NCBI RefSeq assembly: GCF_009914755.1
Contig: NC_060931.1
Direction: 5' to 3' (one strand)
DNA length: 64,000 nt
Source of the DNA: the human T2T-CHM13v2.0 reference genome, Homo sapiens
Positions 13,580 to 30,820 of this stretch are shown one piece after another. A model generated the notes under the pieces. The model did not search any database. It was not told where the DNA came from and was given only the letters and a program-made list of their open reading frames with translations. Position 1 is the first letter of the stretch; each line of letters opens with the position of its first letter. A program made the position numbers and the translations under genes.

Positions 13580-14270
13580 CAGTTGCCTATGCTATTATAA
13601 TTATAAAATGTAATTAAATATTATGTAAACTGATGAAATTAAAGTTTGAAAATAAAAATAGTTGATGGTTCCAAGAAAACTTTGTAAAATGCTGTGGACA
13701 AATTTTATAAAGGCTATCTTTATTTTTAAAAAATATTATTTAATTGAGTGTGGGCAAGAAAACTGAAAATGACAGAGTGGGAGGAATTATAAAAATACAG
13801 AGGCATTTACTTCTCAAATTTGTGTGCAAGTATCTTTTATTGTCCAGGTACTTTTAAAAAACAAACTGAAATTTCTAGTTCATATATTACTAAAATGGTT
13901 TACGAAGTTGTCCTTGAACCTTAAACATTGGACCCATATGGCTAAGCCATCATAAATAAAATAACTAAGGTATTATGTAAGCTGGAAAAAGGTGGCAGTC
14001 CTTCACACACAAAGCTATGGATGCACAGCTTGCTGAGTGACAATGGGCTGGATTTCAGTCCCTCTTGCTCCCTTGACTGGGAACCCTTATGCTGGAAGGC
14101 CCAAAAGACTGATACAGCAGCTCTGCCCACACGCAAAAGAGGGGCCTCAGCCACATCAAAGAATTGGCCAATAAACATACCTCTAAGTTTTCATTAAAAT
14201 AACTAAGGTATTACTTGTTATATTTTATGGTTCCCTGCTTTAAATTACTATTGAAAATAATTGACCTATT
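13580..14270 (+). mobile_element. Tigger15a-like TcMar DNA transposon relic, interrupted at ~13940-14125
   Basis: Recalled motifs TTGAGTGTGGGCAAGAAAACTG, GCAAGTATCTTT, TGGTTTA, GGACCCATA and ACATCAAAGAATTGGC occur in order. Confidence 0.6.
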
Positions 14271-15429
14271 TGTGATGATTTTTACAGTGCTATTAAATCT
14301 ACTTAATGATAATCATATTCTAATAATAGATAACAGTATACATTCTAAATTTTAAATAGTAACATCTCGAGCAGCAACTGTTAAAGGTCACCTGAGTGGC
14401 AGAGGACCGGGGTCGAACCTGCAAATTAGAACACGTAAAATATACTAAGAAAAGGACACCAAGAGAATGTATATGACATGCCAGGTATTTTGCTTCCTGT
14501 AAACTACATAGCTATTAACTCTAGGAGCTCAAAGAACAAAATATATCCAACACGATATTAGCTCATAATATTCCAGGGGTGAAGGCTGAATGTTAACAAC
14601 TTTGTGTTACAGGGAACTTGTTGGTGAGAGAGGATTCTGTGCTGTCGTTTCAGGACGCTGCCAGCTATACAAAGGTGTGACAACTTAAACCACCCATGTG
14701 TGATCATTCTCAAATGACCTCTGCCGAATGACTCATACAAAGCTGCTCCTAGCTTACAAAAGTTTAGATTTGCTTAGAATTTATTTCTAGCACTAGTTAT
14801 CAAGATTTAGATCCATATCAAGATCCTTGAAGGCAGGGATCATATCTCTAAGTTATATTGCATTCTCTATCCTTCATAGATTATTGCCTGGCATGGACAT
14901 CAATGTTTACTGTCCCCACTGCATGCCCAGATCACAGTACCAGACATACGGTGTACACTCAACCAATATCTGTCAGATTGAACACACAGTGATGAGAAGC
15001 AACTGAAATTTTCAAGCCTAAAAAAATGTTGAAAGATTGGTACAATGAACTACCCTCAAACTACTCCATGATCCATTTTCCCTTTCTATGCATACTTGCA
15101 TGTGTATACACACACACACACACAACCATTTTTGCTTTCTGAATTATTTGAAAGTTGCTGAAAAAACAGTTCTGCACTCTAAAGTCCTTTAGCACATGTC
15201 TCCTAAGAGTAAGAGCAGTCTCTACATAAGCTCAATACCTTTATCACAGCTAAGAAAATAGGATCCTACATATAATTCAAACACAAACTTCCTCGATGTC
15301 CTTATGTGCTCTTTTACAGCTTTTTTTTTCAATCCAGGATACAATCAAGGTTCGTGCACTGCATTTCATTATTAGATCTCTTTAGAACACTCTCCCCTGT
15401 GCTTTTGTTTTGTTTTCATGACATTGGCT

Positions 15430-15780
15430 TTTTAAAAACAGGCTTATTGAGATATAATTCACACACCATATAATTTGCCCATTTACATTGTACAATTCAA
15501 TATATTGTACATGTTTTTCATATATTCACTGAGTTGCGGGACCATCACCACAATTTTAGACTCTTTTTATCATCCCCAAAGGAAATCCCAAACCCATTAG
15601 CATCAGCAGTCACCCCCTTTTTTTCTTCCAATCTCCCCAGCCCTAGACAACCACTGATCCAGTATTAATACTTTGCATCTCTATGGATTTGCCTGTTCTG
15701 GACATTTCACATAAGTGAAATCATACAATACGCATGCTCTGTGACTGGCTTCTTTCACTTAGCCTAATGTTTTGAAGGTT
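15430..15780 (-). mobile_element. L1MB-type 3' end fragment
   Basis: TTATTGAGATATAATTCACACACCATA...CCCCAGCCCTAGACAACCACTGATC...TGGATTTGCCTGTTCTGGACATTTCAC. Confidence 0.8.
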
Positions 15781-16186
15781 CTGAGTTCTCTGAGGAGACT
15801 TCACTGCAGCTGTTTTGAAAAAGACTCTCAATTTGTTCAACTGTTTCTTCATAATTCAGATTAAAAGCTTTTTGGGGCAAGAACACTACAGAGGAGTACA
15901 GGTGATTTCTCCTAGCATTATACAAGGGTATAATATTGGCACATAGTATCAGGTTGTCCCCAGCAGGAGGGGTTCAATTTAAGCAGTAGGTTAAGAGGCT
16001 GGCCTCTAGATTATTCCAATGTAATGGTTTTTTTCTCTTTTATAAGTAGTAATCTGTGAGATAATATTTGAGAACGCATAAATATCTCATTCTCCAACAA
16101 TCTTTCACCCGGTGATTTTGGCACTCAAACATGATTCTTGCCCAGGTCAAGGTTGCAAAATGATGATTTTTAAAATGCATAATTTT

Positions 16187-16486
16187 AGCCAGGCACAGTG
16201 GTTCACGCCTGTAATCGCAGCACCTTGGGAGGCCGAGGCGGGCAGATCACCTGAGGTCAGGAGTTCGAGACCAGACTGCTCAACATGACGAAACCCCGTC
16301 TCTACTAAAAAATACAAAAATTACCCAGTCATGGTGGCGGGCACCTGTGATCCCAGCTACTCAAGAGGCTGAGGCAGGACAACTGCTTGAACCCAGGAGG
16401 CGGAGGTTGCAGTAAGCCGAGATGGGGCCACTGCACTCCAGTCTGGGCAACAGACTCCGTCTCAAAAAAATAATAAATAAATAAAT
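16187..16486 (+). mobile_element. Alu (AluS-type)
   Basis: Full dimer, (TAAA)n tail, TSD AAAATGCAT(A/T)ATTT. Confidence 0.95.
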
Positions 16487-19400
16487 AAAATGCATTATTT
16501 CTTCTGAATTTATTAAGGTGACATTCTCTCTATTTGAGTAACACTTCAGACTCCTGAATCTTTTAATATATTACAATCTATTAATACGATTACTCTTGCC
16601 AGCAGGAGGCCCTGCAAGCCTACTCCTGGGTTTGTTTTGATGTACTCCACAGGCCTTTGAACACCTTCTTGCTTTCTAGCACAAGATACCCCAGGCACAA
16701 CCTTGTCAAGATCTGTAATCAGCCATTTCTCCAAGGATCCATGTGGGAAACTGTAGTTAATGTAACTATTGGAAAGGTATCATTGCTATTTATTTTGTAT
16801 TTCTAATTATAGAGAGAGTGAAAAGGAGAGTGAGAGAATTCACACTGCTTGTAGCCCTTCTTCCACAGTTAGAACTTCCATTCCCAATAACATCATTGTA
16901 TTTTATTTTTTGTACCACCTACAATACCTACAAAATAATTTAAGAATTACAACACAACACCATTACCAACTATAATTGTACCAGATAAATCTCAACAGTT
17001 ATTTGCCATTTCTTTTGTTCTTAAAATATGTTCCAATAAAGATATATGGTCAGAAAACTGTTCAAAATTATCAGAATTAAGTCTTTATTCTGGGCAGTTG
17101 TGTTATCAACTTTAGACAGTTAGATTCCTTTGTTTCTGTTTTTCAACTTTAAAATTTCCTTTTTCAATTTTGATGCTATTCTGTTTTCTGAATATATAAA
17201 AACTTGTGTAGTTCAAAATCAAAATTATATAAGCAAGCCATATTCAAAGAAATCTAATTCCTATTTTTATGTTGAATACCTCATTCCCACACATCCTCAT
17301 TCTTCCTTTTTGAGTTGTTTTTTTTTTTGTCAAAAGAAAGCAAATATGTGTTTATTCTTATTTTCTCTTCTTTCTTGCACAAAGATATATACCATAAACA
17401 ATTTCCATGTCCCCTCTTCATTGACAATGATTACTGCAAATCACTCCATGTCAGCTCATAATGATTTTTCCCTTTCACTTTTATGGCTGATGTAAAGTGA
17501 CCTTCATAGATGAGGCAAGACTGTGACCAATTGTTTTAGAAGAAAATGGAAGGATGAGAGGCGTATGACCTCCGATGATTATACTGTAGTCCTTCTGGTA
17601 CAGAAGTATTATTTGTGCTAAACTGAGTCCTACATATAGACTTGTATATAAGGGAAAACACACTATTCACTTGCAACAAATAGACAAAAACTACTTTCAA
17701 CATCAAATCTAAAACTGAACTAAACCAAACCAAAACAAATTGGCCAACATTCAAACAACATCCTGGTAATGTGCACATATACCCTTGTTATCTGTCTTCC
17801 TTCCCTCTCTTTCCATCCCCCATTTTTCCATCCTCTTTGAGGTACAGGTGGACCCCCAATCCTCTCCACCACTCTTCTCAATCAGATTCTAGAATGGTTG
17901 ACTACCTAGAATTCTCTAGAAAGTGGCCTACTGAGTTCTTATGAGTCCAGCAGCCAAGATGCACTGATGTCTATGAACACCAGCTTTTTCATAAGCTCCA
18001 CAGCCACCATCTGACCTCATGAAGGGGACTGCATAAGGTGAAAAACATCAACCCTTGGGCAGCTGATTTCAATTTGTGTTACATTTTCTCGTGATCTTCC
18101 TCAGACCTTATCAAAGGGCTGAATAAATGTGGTTGATGTACTGGTTTCTCAGTTGCTGATTACTATTTAAAAGCTCTAACAATACTTAAAAAGTTACATC
18201 TTATACCATGATTCAATCTCTATGTATCCCTCCCCACTCAATTAAAAAGTACGTTGTGGATAGTTCAAGCTGCTACCCAAACATATATTTCTGAAAGCTA
18301 AGTCACACTAAACACTAAATCACAGGATCCATGTGAAGCCTGAATCAATCTGAATATTTTACACTATTTCTGACCCTGCTTTGTAGAATATGCAAGCTTC
18401 CCTTGCGTATAAACAAACATTTAAAATACATGATGCAATTAAGAGAAGAATAATCCTAGCGACCTCCTTCAGCTGTTACAAAGATAAAATGAGGAACTGC
18501 TGCCCGAGGCACTGCTGGGCAGTGTCATCAGTGTTACTGTCAGAGACAGTAACATCCAACCCATTGTGTGACTCTTAAGATTCATTCTCTGGGAAACTCA
18601 TCAACAACCACAATGCAGCCCTTCCTATATCTCCTCTTTATAAAATTATTAGGGACCAAACTAGAGAAACAATGTGGAACAGTATCCTCCAGGGCCTCCT
18701 TCACTTGCAGTGAGACCAGTTGTCTTTCATTCCCGCATCGTGTTCATCCCATGAGGGAGGGTCTGCATATTTGAGGGTCTGGAGGAACATGCTCAGAAGT
18801 TTGGCCAGGCCTGGGTTCACCCATGGAAGAGAACAAAGAAGGGGACTGAGCATACTCTAGCAATGACCAGTGGCACGACTAGGAAAGTTCTCTGCCGAGA
18901 TCACTTCCTCCTGGCAAAAACAAGGGCTCCACAGGGCTTAGGGTAGAGAGCAGAGACTCACAATGAATCACGGGGCTGCAGTGAGCCAGGCACTCAGTGG
19001 TGTCACCTCAGGAGGTTCCGATGACCTCACATCAAGGTGGTGTGCCGATGCAGGAGCAATGCAGGCCCTGAATGTTGCCCCACCTGATGCGGCCACTCAG
19101 CTGACCGATGAGACTCCAGCCCAGCCCCTGCTTTGTCCCTTAGATTGTGCAGAGTTTGAGAAGCCCAGCTCCTGAGGGCAAGGCCAGATCTCACAACCAG
19201 AGGCCTGGGGACCCGGGCCAGCACCTAGCCTTCTCTCCACCAAAAGCTTGGTCTCTATTTTTACTCCTTGTTCTAACACACCCATGCTTAAAGGATTTCT
19301 GAAATGTGTTCTGGAATGCCGTGTGGCTCAGCTGAGACCCTGAATTCCATGTCACACTGTCGTAGCAGCTGCACTATCAAGCACAAGCACAAAGGCAGGA

Positions 19401-21459
19401 GTGTTTCCAGGCGGCCCACCCAAGACAGCAGTCCTTTAAATTGACTCCTCATCATATTGCCCTGGGTACTTTAGCTGGCAAAGAACAAATTAGCATTCTC
19501 AATCTATATATACTGTAGCACACTAAATAAAGGGCTGGAGCCGAGGCACAAAAGGTCAGGCCATGAAATTCCCTGCAGGAGCCCGGGTCCCACCATTCCA
19601 CTCTCAGGCTCTTTGGAAAGCTGACTCCCAGGGCCACAAGCAAGTCTTTGTGTGTCAGGAGGGCCCACTGCTGGGGCTTTCAGTGCACACAATAACTCAC
19701 AGGCTGTGTCCAATTTCAGAACACAACGAAGAGGCAATGACCACACCCACGTGGGCCTGGGCTTTCACTCAGGAGTTCGGATCTCATGGAAAAACACCGT
19801 GGAAGATGCCCTGGGGCAGCACCACTACCCGGATCCACATCCACTCAATCGCCCTAGTAGGGCCTCCAGAGCACTCCTGCAAGCGTCACGTGGTTTCACA
19901 GATCCCAGGCAGAGGCAGGGCAAGTGTTACTACCACCACCAGTGAGGAAATGAAAGCCCAGAGAAGCTGTGAGACTTGATGAAGGTCACCAACTGGCTAA
20001 ATGATGATAGGTGCTCTAATGAGAAGTTTTATTACCTCACTATATTGTTTTACTCAAAAATATTTCCTGTCTGACAGCTGCTTCCCGGATTTACTGCTTA
20101 AAGTGAGTAATTCCACTCTTCTTAGACATGGAATTTTACATATAGCACCAGAGCAGAGCTAAGGATTCCTTTACTAATTTTCCTTACTCATTTATTATAT
20201 TATATAAAATATACACGAGACTTGAACAGGGAATGAGGAAGCCCAGAAGAGCAGAAACTAAACCAGTCCAGTGGAAGTGTCACATATATTGTTGCATAGC
20301 CTGCATTCCAGAGTAGCAAGATGAGGCTCTGAGCTTCCTAGCGGTCATGGCAAAGATGAGATGCAAAGCCAGATTCAAAGCTCCCATGTCTCAAGATAAA
20401 AGAAGACAGATCCAGAGAACCAGTGCCCTGCAGCCCTCATGCTGGAGACATGGTGTGCAATAGTGAATTACGTCCCCAACAACGTGCCAAAAAACAAAAA
20501 TACAAAGATGGTTTTCCAACAGTTGCTTCTCCCCTCAATAAAACCTACATCACACCAAGACTCCACTCAGTAGAAGTCATTAAATACAGAGACCAAACAA
20601 TGCAGTCGAATATGCCATTCTTCTGGTTTGGCTTGACTGAGGATAAACGATAGCATATCTAAAGAAAGTAGAGGAATAGAACACAGTGGACACATACACT
20701 GAACTGTATCAAGCACCACCACGATTTTATAAATCATGGAATTAATTTGGTATATCCAGAATACCGTCAAGCAATATGCAAAGGTTCATTCTGCATAAGA
20801 AAGTAGGCTTATACACTTCAATGTTTAGATTGAATATGCTTTCATTTGAGACCAAGTTACTTATTCTGGGATTATGTATATTTATAGATAAACCTATATA
20901 TAAATATACATAATTTTATAAGATGTATACATAAAATATATTTCAGTTAAAATTCTGTTTTCTAAAAATATTGCTAATATTTGGCATTAATCACACCAAA
21001 TATGAAAGAATTTGTACACTAGAGCCATTTTAATATTTAGTAAAATAATCTGATCTTTAAAAAAACAGATAGATTAACAAAAGCACTAAAAGTTCACTCA
21101 GATTTTGATGAAATCTTCCCTGTCTATTCCTATAAGACCTGCAAGCAGGTATTGATAATCAATGAGGAAATGTTTTGATTAATGAAATTAAACTTTAAAG
21201 CTAAGCTTTAAGACACAGTGTATTCGTTGTAACAAGGAAAATGTATTATTTATTTACCTGTAATATAGTGTACTTGTTTGCTAATTTTTAAATTACTTTC
21301 CTAGAAATAAGGTAGCTCTTTTCAAAATATACTTTTTTATAACTAGAAGCAACACTTAATTAGTGAAGACAGTTATAACTGACTACCCTAAATAAATTAA
21401 AAGAACAAGCTATTATTTAAAAGTGTATAACTCTTCAATGAATGGTTAAAACCATATAC

Positions 21460-23485
<2,026 letters not shown>

Positions 23486-24199
23486 ACCATATACTATTTT
23501 TAAAGACCTAAAATAAATTATGAAGTGGCTTTTGTCTATCTCATTTATAGAACAGGATAATATGTAAAGTTTGCATTGAAAATAAAAAGGGAGAAAGATC
23601 ACATGATTTGTATTCATTCTTTCATTCACTCAAAAGACATTTACTATTTATCTTCCATGGGTCAGTATCTGGGATAGATTCTAAACATCCACAAATGAGG
23701 ATAACAGGATCCCTCCCTGATGCAAGTCCATCACTGGTAGGAAACACAGATAAACAAACACTCAAGACACCAAGGCTTGTGCCATGAGAAAGGCTCATAT
23801 ACAATGCTCGTGGAGCAGATGCTCTTTCTAGGAAAGAGGGTAGTGGCCTGAGGGGACAATTCCAAGGCACTGGTTGAGCTATGTGTTGCAGAATGGGATA
23901 AGGACATGTCTAGCATAAGGAAGGGTCGCTACAGGAGAAGATGGGAAAGGTTGTGGGATGTGTGAAGAACTGGGATCGCAGGTAAGCTGCAGCTGGGGAC
24001 TGACAGTGTGCAGCAGGGCAGCCATGGAAAGGATGCAGGGACCAGGCGGCAGAGCCTGGATCTTATCCCAGAGGTGGCAGAAACCCTCAGAGGACTCCAG
24101 GCAGGTCAATAACAGGGCACTTGCATTTAGCCATGACTTCTCTGGAGGGATAGGGAGGGTAGGCTCAGATCACATCCTGCCTTTCCCCAAAACCTTCTG

Positions 24200-24716
24200 A
24201 GGGCATCTCATGAACTTTATAAACCTCCATACCCCTTCTCCATTGCCCATCTCTCCTGCTTCACCTCCAGCCATTCTCCCCAGAGCCCCACTACTCCTGC
24301 CACACTGCCTGCCTTCCTGCTGCTCACACACGCCAAGCTCAGCCCCACCGCAGGAGATGTGCACATGCTGCCGTACACAGTAGATGGCTTACTCCTCTCT
24401 TCACTGAGAGGCGTACATGTACAGCAAAACCTCCTCAAAGAAGCTCTCCTGACAGCCCATCCAAAACGGCAGCCTTTGGCTGGGCGTGGTGGCACACGCC
24501 TATAAAAAAACTGCAGCCCTTGCAACTCTCTTCCAACTCAGTATCACTTCCAGAAATTATACTTTATTTATTTACTCTCTATCTCCCCCACTAGAACATA
24601 ATGTGTCAGAGTTGCAGGGAGACCTCACCTGTCATATTCATGGCTGTGTTCCCAGGGCATAAAATGCTGGTGAGTAGCAGGCTCACAGTAAATATCTGTG
24701 CAATGAATGAATGAAG
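24200..24716 (+). mobile_element. L2 3' fragment
   Basis: TCTCCCCCACTAGAACATAA...CAGTAAATATCTGTGCAATGAATGAATGAA, the typical L2 end. Confidence 0.65.
24478..24506 (+). mobile_element. 29-bp Alu/7SL-derived 5' fragment flanked by a TSD
   Basis: GGCTGGGCGTGGTGGCACACGCCTATAAA between AAAACGGCAGCCTTT (24463-24477) and AAAACTGCAGCCCTT (24507-24521). Confidence 0.75.
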
Positions 24717-24931
24717 GTGAGACTAGAGTCAAAAGCTACTGCGAAACACAAAACACCAATGGTGATTTCGTCTGAGCTAAGAACACAGCAGTGTGATGAC
24801 ATGTTTGGTGGAGAGCTGACGCACCAGGGAATGGAGGAATCTGAGGTGATGCCTGACAGGGAGGATGGCTGGCCTGTGCACCAAGCCCAGTTGTACAGGC
24901 CCTGGAGGTGTTGAAAGAAGGCAGCCCGAGG

Positions 24932-25203
<272 letters not shown>

Positions 25204-27149
25204 AAAGAAGGCAGCCTGAGGAACGCTAAGCTCCAGATTCTGTGAGGCACCCTCTGGGCAGGCAAGTCCAAAGCTGCCAGGAGAGGGGTTGGGATGGAGC
25301 TGGAGAGGGGTGGGCCCGTGCTGATGGTGCAGGAAGAATGTGGCCAGTGGCAGCGCTCCTGCCAGGCTCACCGCACTCACCGCACAGCAGCCCTGGCTGG
25401 CTCAGGGCACAGAGCCAAAGTGGAGTCTGACAGTGGCCCAGCCCCAGGAGGCCACATCCTCGAGAACACAAGGCAGAAGAAGAAGTGCAGGTGCAAGACA
25501 GGGGCACACCTGGGAACCCCAATGTCTCAGGCAGGGACAGAGGAGGGGCAGACTCTTCAAAGGAGCCCCAGGAGGTGACAGGAAAGTGAGGAGGGAGACC
25601 CTGGCCAGGAAGGTCAGAAAAGGAAGTTTCCGGACGAAACCGTGTCAGAGTCAGAAGCTGAAGAGAGGAAGTCAGTAGGACCAGACAAACAGTTCCACAG
25701 CGAGGTGGCCATGGGAAAGGACTCCTGCGACTCAGGACTGGGTCTGAGACCCTCAGGGAAAATGGCCCGGTTAGGACAGCCTAGTAAGAGCGCACAGGAA
25801 GGATGCACTGGGAAGTCACGACAGGCAGCGCCAAGTCGCCATGCCTGTGAACCAACAGGGTGCTGGCGGCAACATTCGCCATGCAGTCACCATCACATGG
25901 ACGTCTGGGGCAAACAATCAAAGTGATTTACATGACAGATGTGTGTGAAGACATGCCAGTATTAAAGCATGAACCAGGGGCCGGTTGGTCCCAGGGCAGT
26001 CTCAGTGGCTGTGGAGTGAGTGCTGGGATACAAGGATGAAGAGGGCAATAATGAAGAAGCTGTCCTTCCCTCACTGCCCACGCCCTACCAGCAACCCCTG
26101 GTAGGAGGCAGGGCAGGGCCCAGAGGCATTGAGACCCAACTTGCCAGGAGCCTGGGAACTGGAACCGGCAGCAGCCCTGGGCTGCATCTGGAAAAAGAAG
26201 TCAGTGTCCAGCAGGTAAGCTGGGCAAGGTGAGGCACGGACGAGCCTCGTCTCCACACCAGGGCAGGTGGAACTGACATCAGTGGGGCCCTGACGCAGTG
26301 TTAAGAGACATGGAGGTGTCGCCAGCCACATTCTCATTAATACAAAGTGGTGGTGTGTGGAGTTGGGGAGTTCCCCCCAGCTCACCGGAAGCCCCCCGCA
26401 AGCCGAGGGTGGCCCTGGGAGCAGGTCCTACCTGTGAACAGCACCTGTCATCTACACTGCACTGGGGAAAGGTGCAAGAGACACCCTCCAGCCCTAGGCT
26501 CCTATGAGCAAGAGCACACAGGCCAGGAGGCCTGGGGAGGGCCCACGAGGTCTCACACTCATGCACTCCCACGTGTGAGAAGGAGGGAGCAAATGGATTG
26601 TTTTAAGCAGGAAGATAAATGGTCAGTGGGATATGTTTCACAAACTGCTTTTGGCAGCAATATGGGGGGTGGATAAGGAAAGTAGGAGGCTGGAGGAAGG
26701 AAATCAGAAGAGCATTTCAGAAGCCCTGCAAAGTGCTGGCAAGGGCCTGAGCTATGAACCAAGACAATAAAACAGAAAAAAAAGTTCTTTTTTTTTTTCA
26801 CACAGTGGGTGGAGGTCCCCACTTTGGTGGGGAATTATGGAGCCCACACCTGAGTGCTTTTAGTTGAAGCTTTAGTACCTGGGAGGATGAAGAGTTCCCA
26901 GGCGTGGCTGTCCAGCTCACTGGTGTCAGCACCAGCAGGTCTGATTGTTAAGTTCAAGGGCTGCCCAGCAAGGCCTGGGAGACAGAACCAGCCAGACTGG
27001 TTTTATTGGATTGTGCTGCTGATAATGACACAATTTTTATGTCACTGAACACTTTCTTGGCAACTACTAAATATTTTGATATGATTCCTATACAAAAACA
27101 GTTGACATAAGGACTATGATCCCCATTTCAAATGAGGACAGGAGATAAC

Positions 27150-27355
27150 TAAAGTTGATGGAATGCTAACCATGAGTTTGGCACTGTGGTAGGTTCTTAG
27201 TGTCCCAACTAGTTTTCATGACAGCTCACAAGGGAGGTGCTGTTATTCCACTTTTATAGAAGATGAAACTGAAACCTAGATTATGTAGCTGTCAAAAGAC
27301 AACAAAACTAGTGAGGAAGAGAGCCAGGACGCCGGCCCAGGTCTATCTGAGCTTG
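27150..27355 (-). mobile_element. MIR fragment
   Basis: Degenerate MIR core GGTGCTGTTATTCCACTTTTATAGAAGATGAAACTGAAACCTAGA. Confidence 0.55.
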
Positions 27356-27363
27356 GTCCCCAT

Positions 27364-27559
27364 GAGATGCCTTCTGAGTTCCAATCGCAGCCCCCAAGCC
27401 TCAGAACTGCTGGATCAAAACTGCAGGCAAGGAAGGATGGGTGCAAAAGCCCATGTGTTGGGGATCTGTTCCTCACAATGGCAGGGCAGAAGGGGCTCAA
27501 ACGTTCTTCCTTTAGGGGCCTGGCTGAATAAGCCAGGATGCAGCCACACAGGGCACAGA
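27364..27559 (+). repeat. Copy 1 of a ~195-bp dispersed direct duplication
   Basis: Highly similar to 32381-32575, including 34-bp and 36-bp identical blocks. Confidence 0.92.
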
Positions 27560-27622
27560 GAGTGAGGACACCTCTACGTAACAGTTGGATGTTTTACATA
27601 ATTGCAAAACAAAATATAATTA

Positions 27623-28001
<379 letters not shown>

Positions 28002-29543
28002 TCAAAACACACCAGCTGAGGTAGAGGGCAAGTGGGGTATACAATGAAATAAAATATACCATGTTGGAGTGTACACCAAAGGTTCATTACATTGTTCTCT
28101 CTCATACACATGTGCATATGAAATCAGATTTCATATCCATAGGAAATATCCCATAACTGTATGCCATTTTAAACTGTGGGATGGAAGAGGACTTAGATGT
28201 CAAGTGCAGCTTCCTTCTCATCCCAGAATGCCCAGAGGCCTCTGGCCCTCAGTAGGTCACTCATGCTCACGTTTCCAATGTGAAGGCCTCCTGAAGGGGC
28301 ATGCAACAGCAGCCCGATGCCCGACAACCAGCGGCAGCACTTCTGATGCCCCACTCAAGAAAGTCTACACAGCAGAACCTCAGGGCATTTCTGACACCTT
28401 TCTGTGTGTGTTCCCAGTCCTTTAACAACCGCGTGCTCATCTGTTTCAGCCTCACTGCTGCTTTACAAGGGTAGTGCCACATCTGCATCCACACCTGCTT
28501 TTAAAGACCTGGGAAAGCAGGTGGGGGTTGGGAGTTAAATAGCTGTGGAGAGGGGAGAACCAGAAGAACTGGGTTCCAGAGAAACCCAGAGCAGGGGCTG
28601 TTCCCCATCCACTGACCCCAGCACGCCCAGCCACACCCACCAGGCAAACCGCCACCAGGCTTAGGGCAGAAGGCTCCCCAGGCTGGATGGGGACAGGCTG
28701 CACCTCTGCTCTAGCAAGGTCACAGGTCGAGGTGAGGCAGGGTGTTTGCAGCCCTAGGAATAGAACTTATCTCAGTTCAAAGACCCAAAGCACATGTGCA
28801 CAGAGGACAGTGAAAAGGAGAGCATGCCCCTCAGCCAGGGCCACCCACAGAACCCCAACCAGGAGAAAGCCCTGGATGATGTGATACCTGAGGTGCCCAG
28901 AGGGGAAGAAGGGGCGGGTAGGTGGGCTGGCTTCTCCGGACACCTGTCCCTGCCAGGGCAGCCTGTGCCTGTTCCTCTGCAACCCTCCCTCCCTGCCCCG
29001 GCTCTCAGGCTTCTATGACAGGCTCAAAGTCCATGTGGATCAACTGTCCACGTGGACTGGCAGATGTTTTGCCACATAAAATGTACATCCACTCACATTC
29101 TCAAGAAACAGTCATATGCGATTTCCATTACACCTCTGAATTTATAATGAAAGTTACAGCCAGATGTGATCCAGTGGATCGATGTGATCCAGTGAATTGG
29201 CGTTTCCCTACCATTTTTTTTTCAATTCACAATTCCTTTCACAGTAATATACAACCTTAAAAGCCCCCTGGGATTAACATAATATTTAATAATATTCATT
29301 ACACAGAAAGGCAAATTCTGATGTTTTAAGTAATTAGTGACACATGCTGCTAAAACATTTTAATTTTGTAAGAAACAATCACATGTGGGCAAATTAATTA
29401 CAAAACAATAAATTATCTCATCTTCTGTATGGACACTAAATACATGGTAAAATATAGATTGAAAACTAATTGTATTATAGGCAAAAGCTGCTGTCATTAA
29501 CTTAATTTCTGACTTTTTAGTTTTGCTTTAAAGAGCAACTGAT

Positions 29544-29861
<318 letters not shown>

Positions 29862-30820
29862 TTAAATGACAAAGTGAGAAACGGCTTTTCTGGCTGCTGC
29901 TTGCAAGTACTTCTACACAAATAACATGGCATATGCAAGGGCTGTCCCTGTTTCCCACAAATGGACGGAAGGAAAGGACTCTACGACACAAGCACCCACA
30001 CACAGTTTTTTTCCACATGTTTTTTGAGTACTATGGACACCTAGACCAAGAAACCTAACATTTTTATTGAGATAACCCAATTCAGGGTTGGGAGGAGTTG
30101 CCCTTGGGAGGAGTCCCAAGGCAAATTTGCAAAATGAGTCCCATTTTTATATTCCCTATTAACTTACATTTCGACATCAATGCCCTCTGCTTCTTAATAA
30201 CATACGATTACAAATAAAAAGCATATAACATTGTATCATGGTCAGGATTTCCACAGGGCTTTGCGATAAACCCAAAAGGTATCAAAGATACCCTCTCAAT
30301 TTTTAGAAATCTCCGCTCACCACCACTCTCCCACCGCATAAATACAGAGGCCACACAAAGGCCCATGTTGGAAGAAAACCTTGAACAAAAATAAGTATCT
30401 CATTTACTTTGATTTTTCAGTAAATAAAAATCTGAAACCCTTGTTATTTCTACATTTTTAACAATGCCAAACCTGGTACCCTTTCCCAAACCCCTGCTGT
30501 AAAAAACTTTATGAAAGATTTTCCTCTGTTCAGGCAGGCACTCTGGCCTGAGGAGTGTCAGGCCTTCTGAGGCACACAGATGAGCCAGAACAAAACCAAC
30601 GCAGGACCTGACTCACAGCCACCTGCACTGGTGAGCAGGGGCTCAAGAGAACCTCCACAGCACAGCCCCATCCGCAAAGACTTGAGGCCTCTACTTCCAT
30701 TTTCATACATTCATTTATTTGTATTTTTATATATATATATATTACTAGTATATTGAGAGTATATTATACATGTTACTAGTATATTGAGAACATTACAGAA
30801 ATTACACACAAAAAAAGAAC

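Larger units (their letters stand above)
15000..17490 (-). mobile_element. Fragmented old L1 (L1MC4/5- or L1ME-type) region with nested L1MB and Alu
   Basis: T-rich reverse L1M 3' UTR motifs (TCTCCTAAGAGTAAGAGCAGTCTCTACATAA, AATCCAGGATACAATCAAGGTTC, ATCAGCCATTTCTCCAAGGA); boundaries approximate. Confidence 0.55.
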
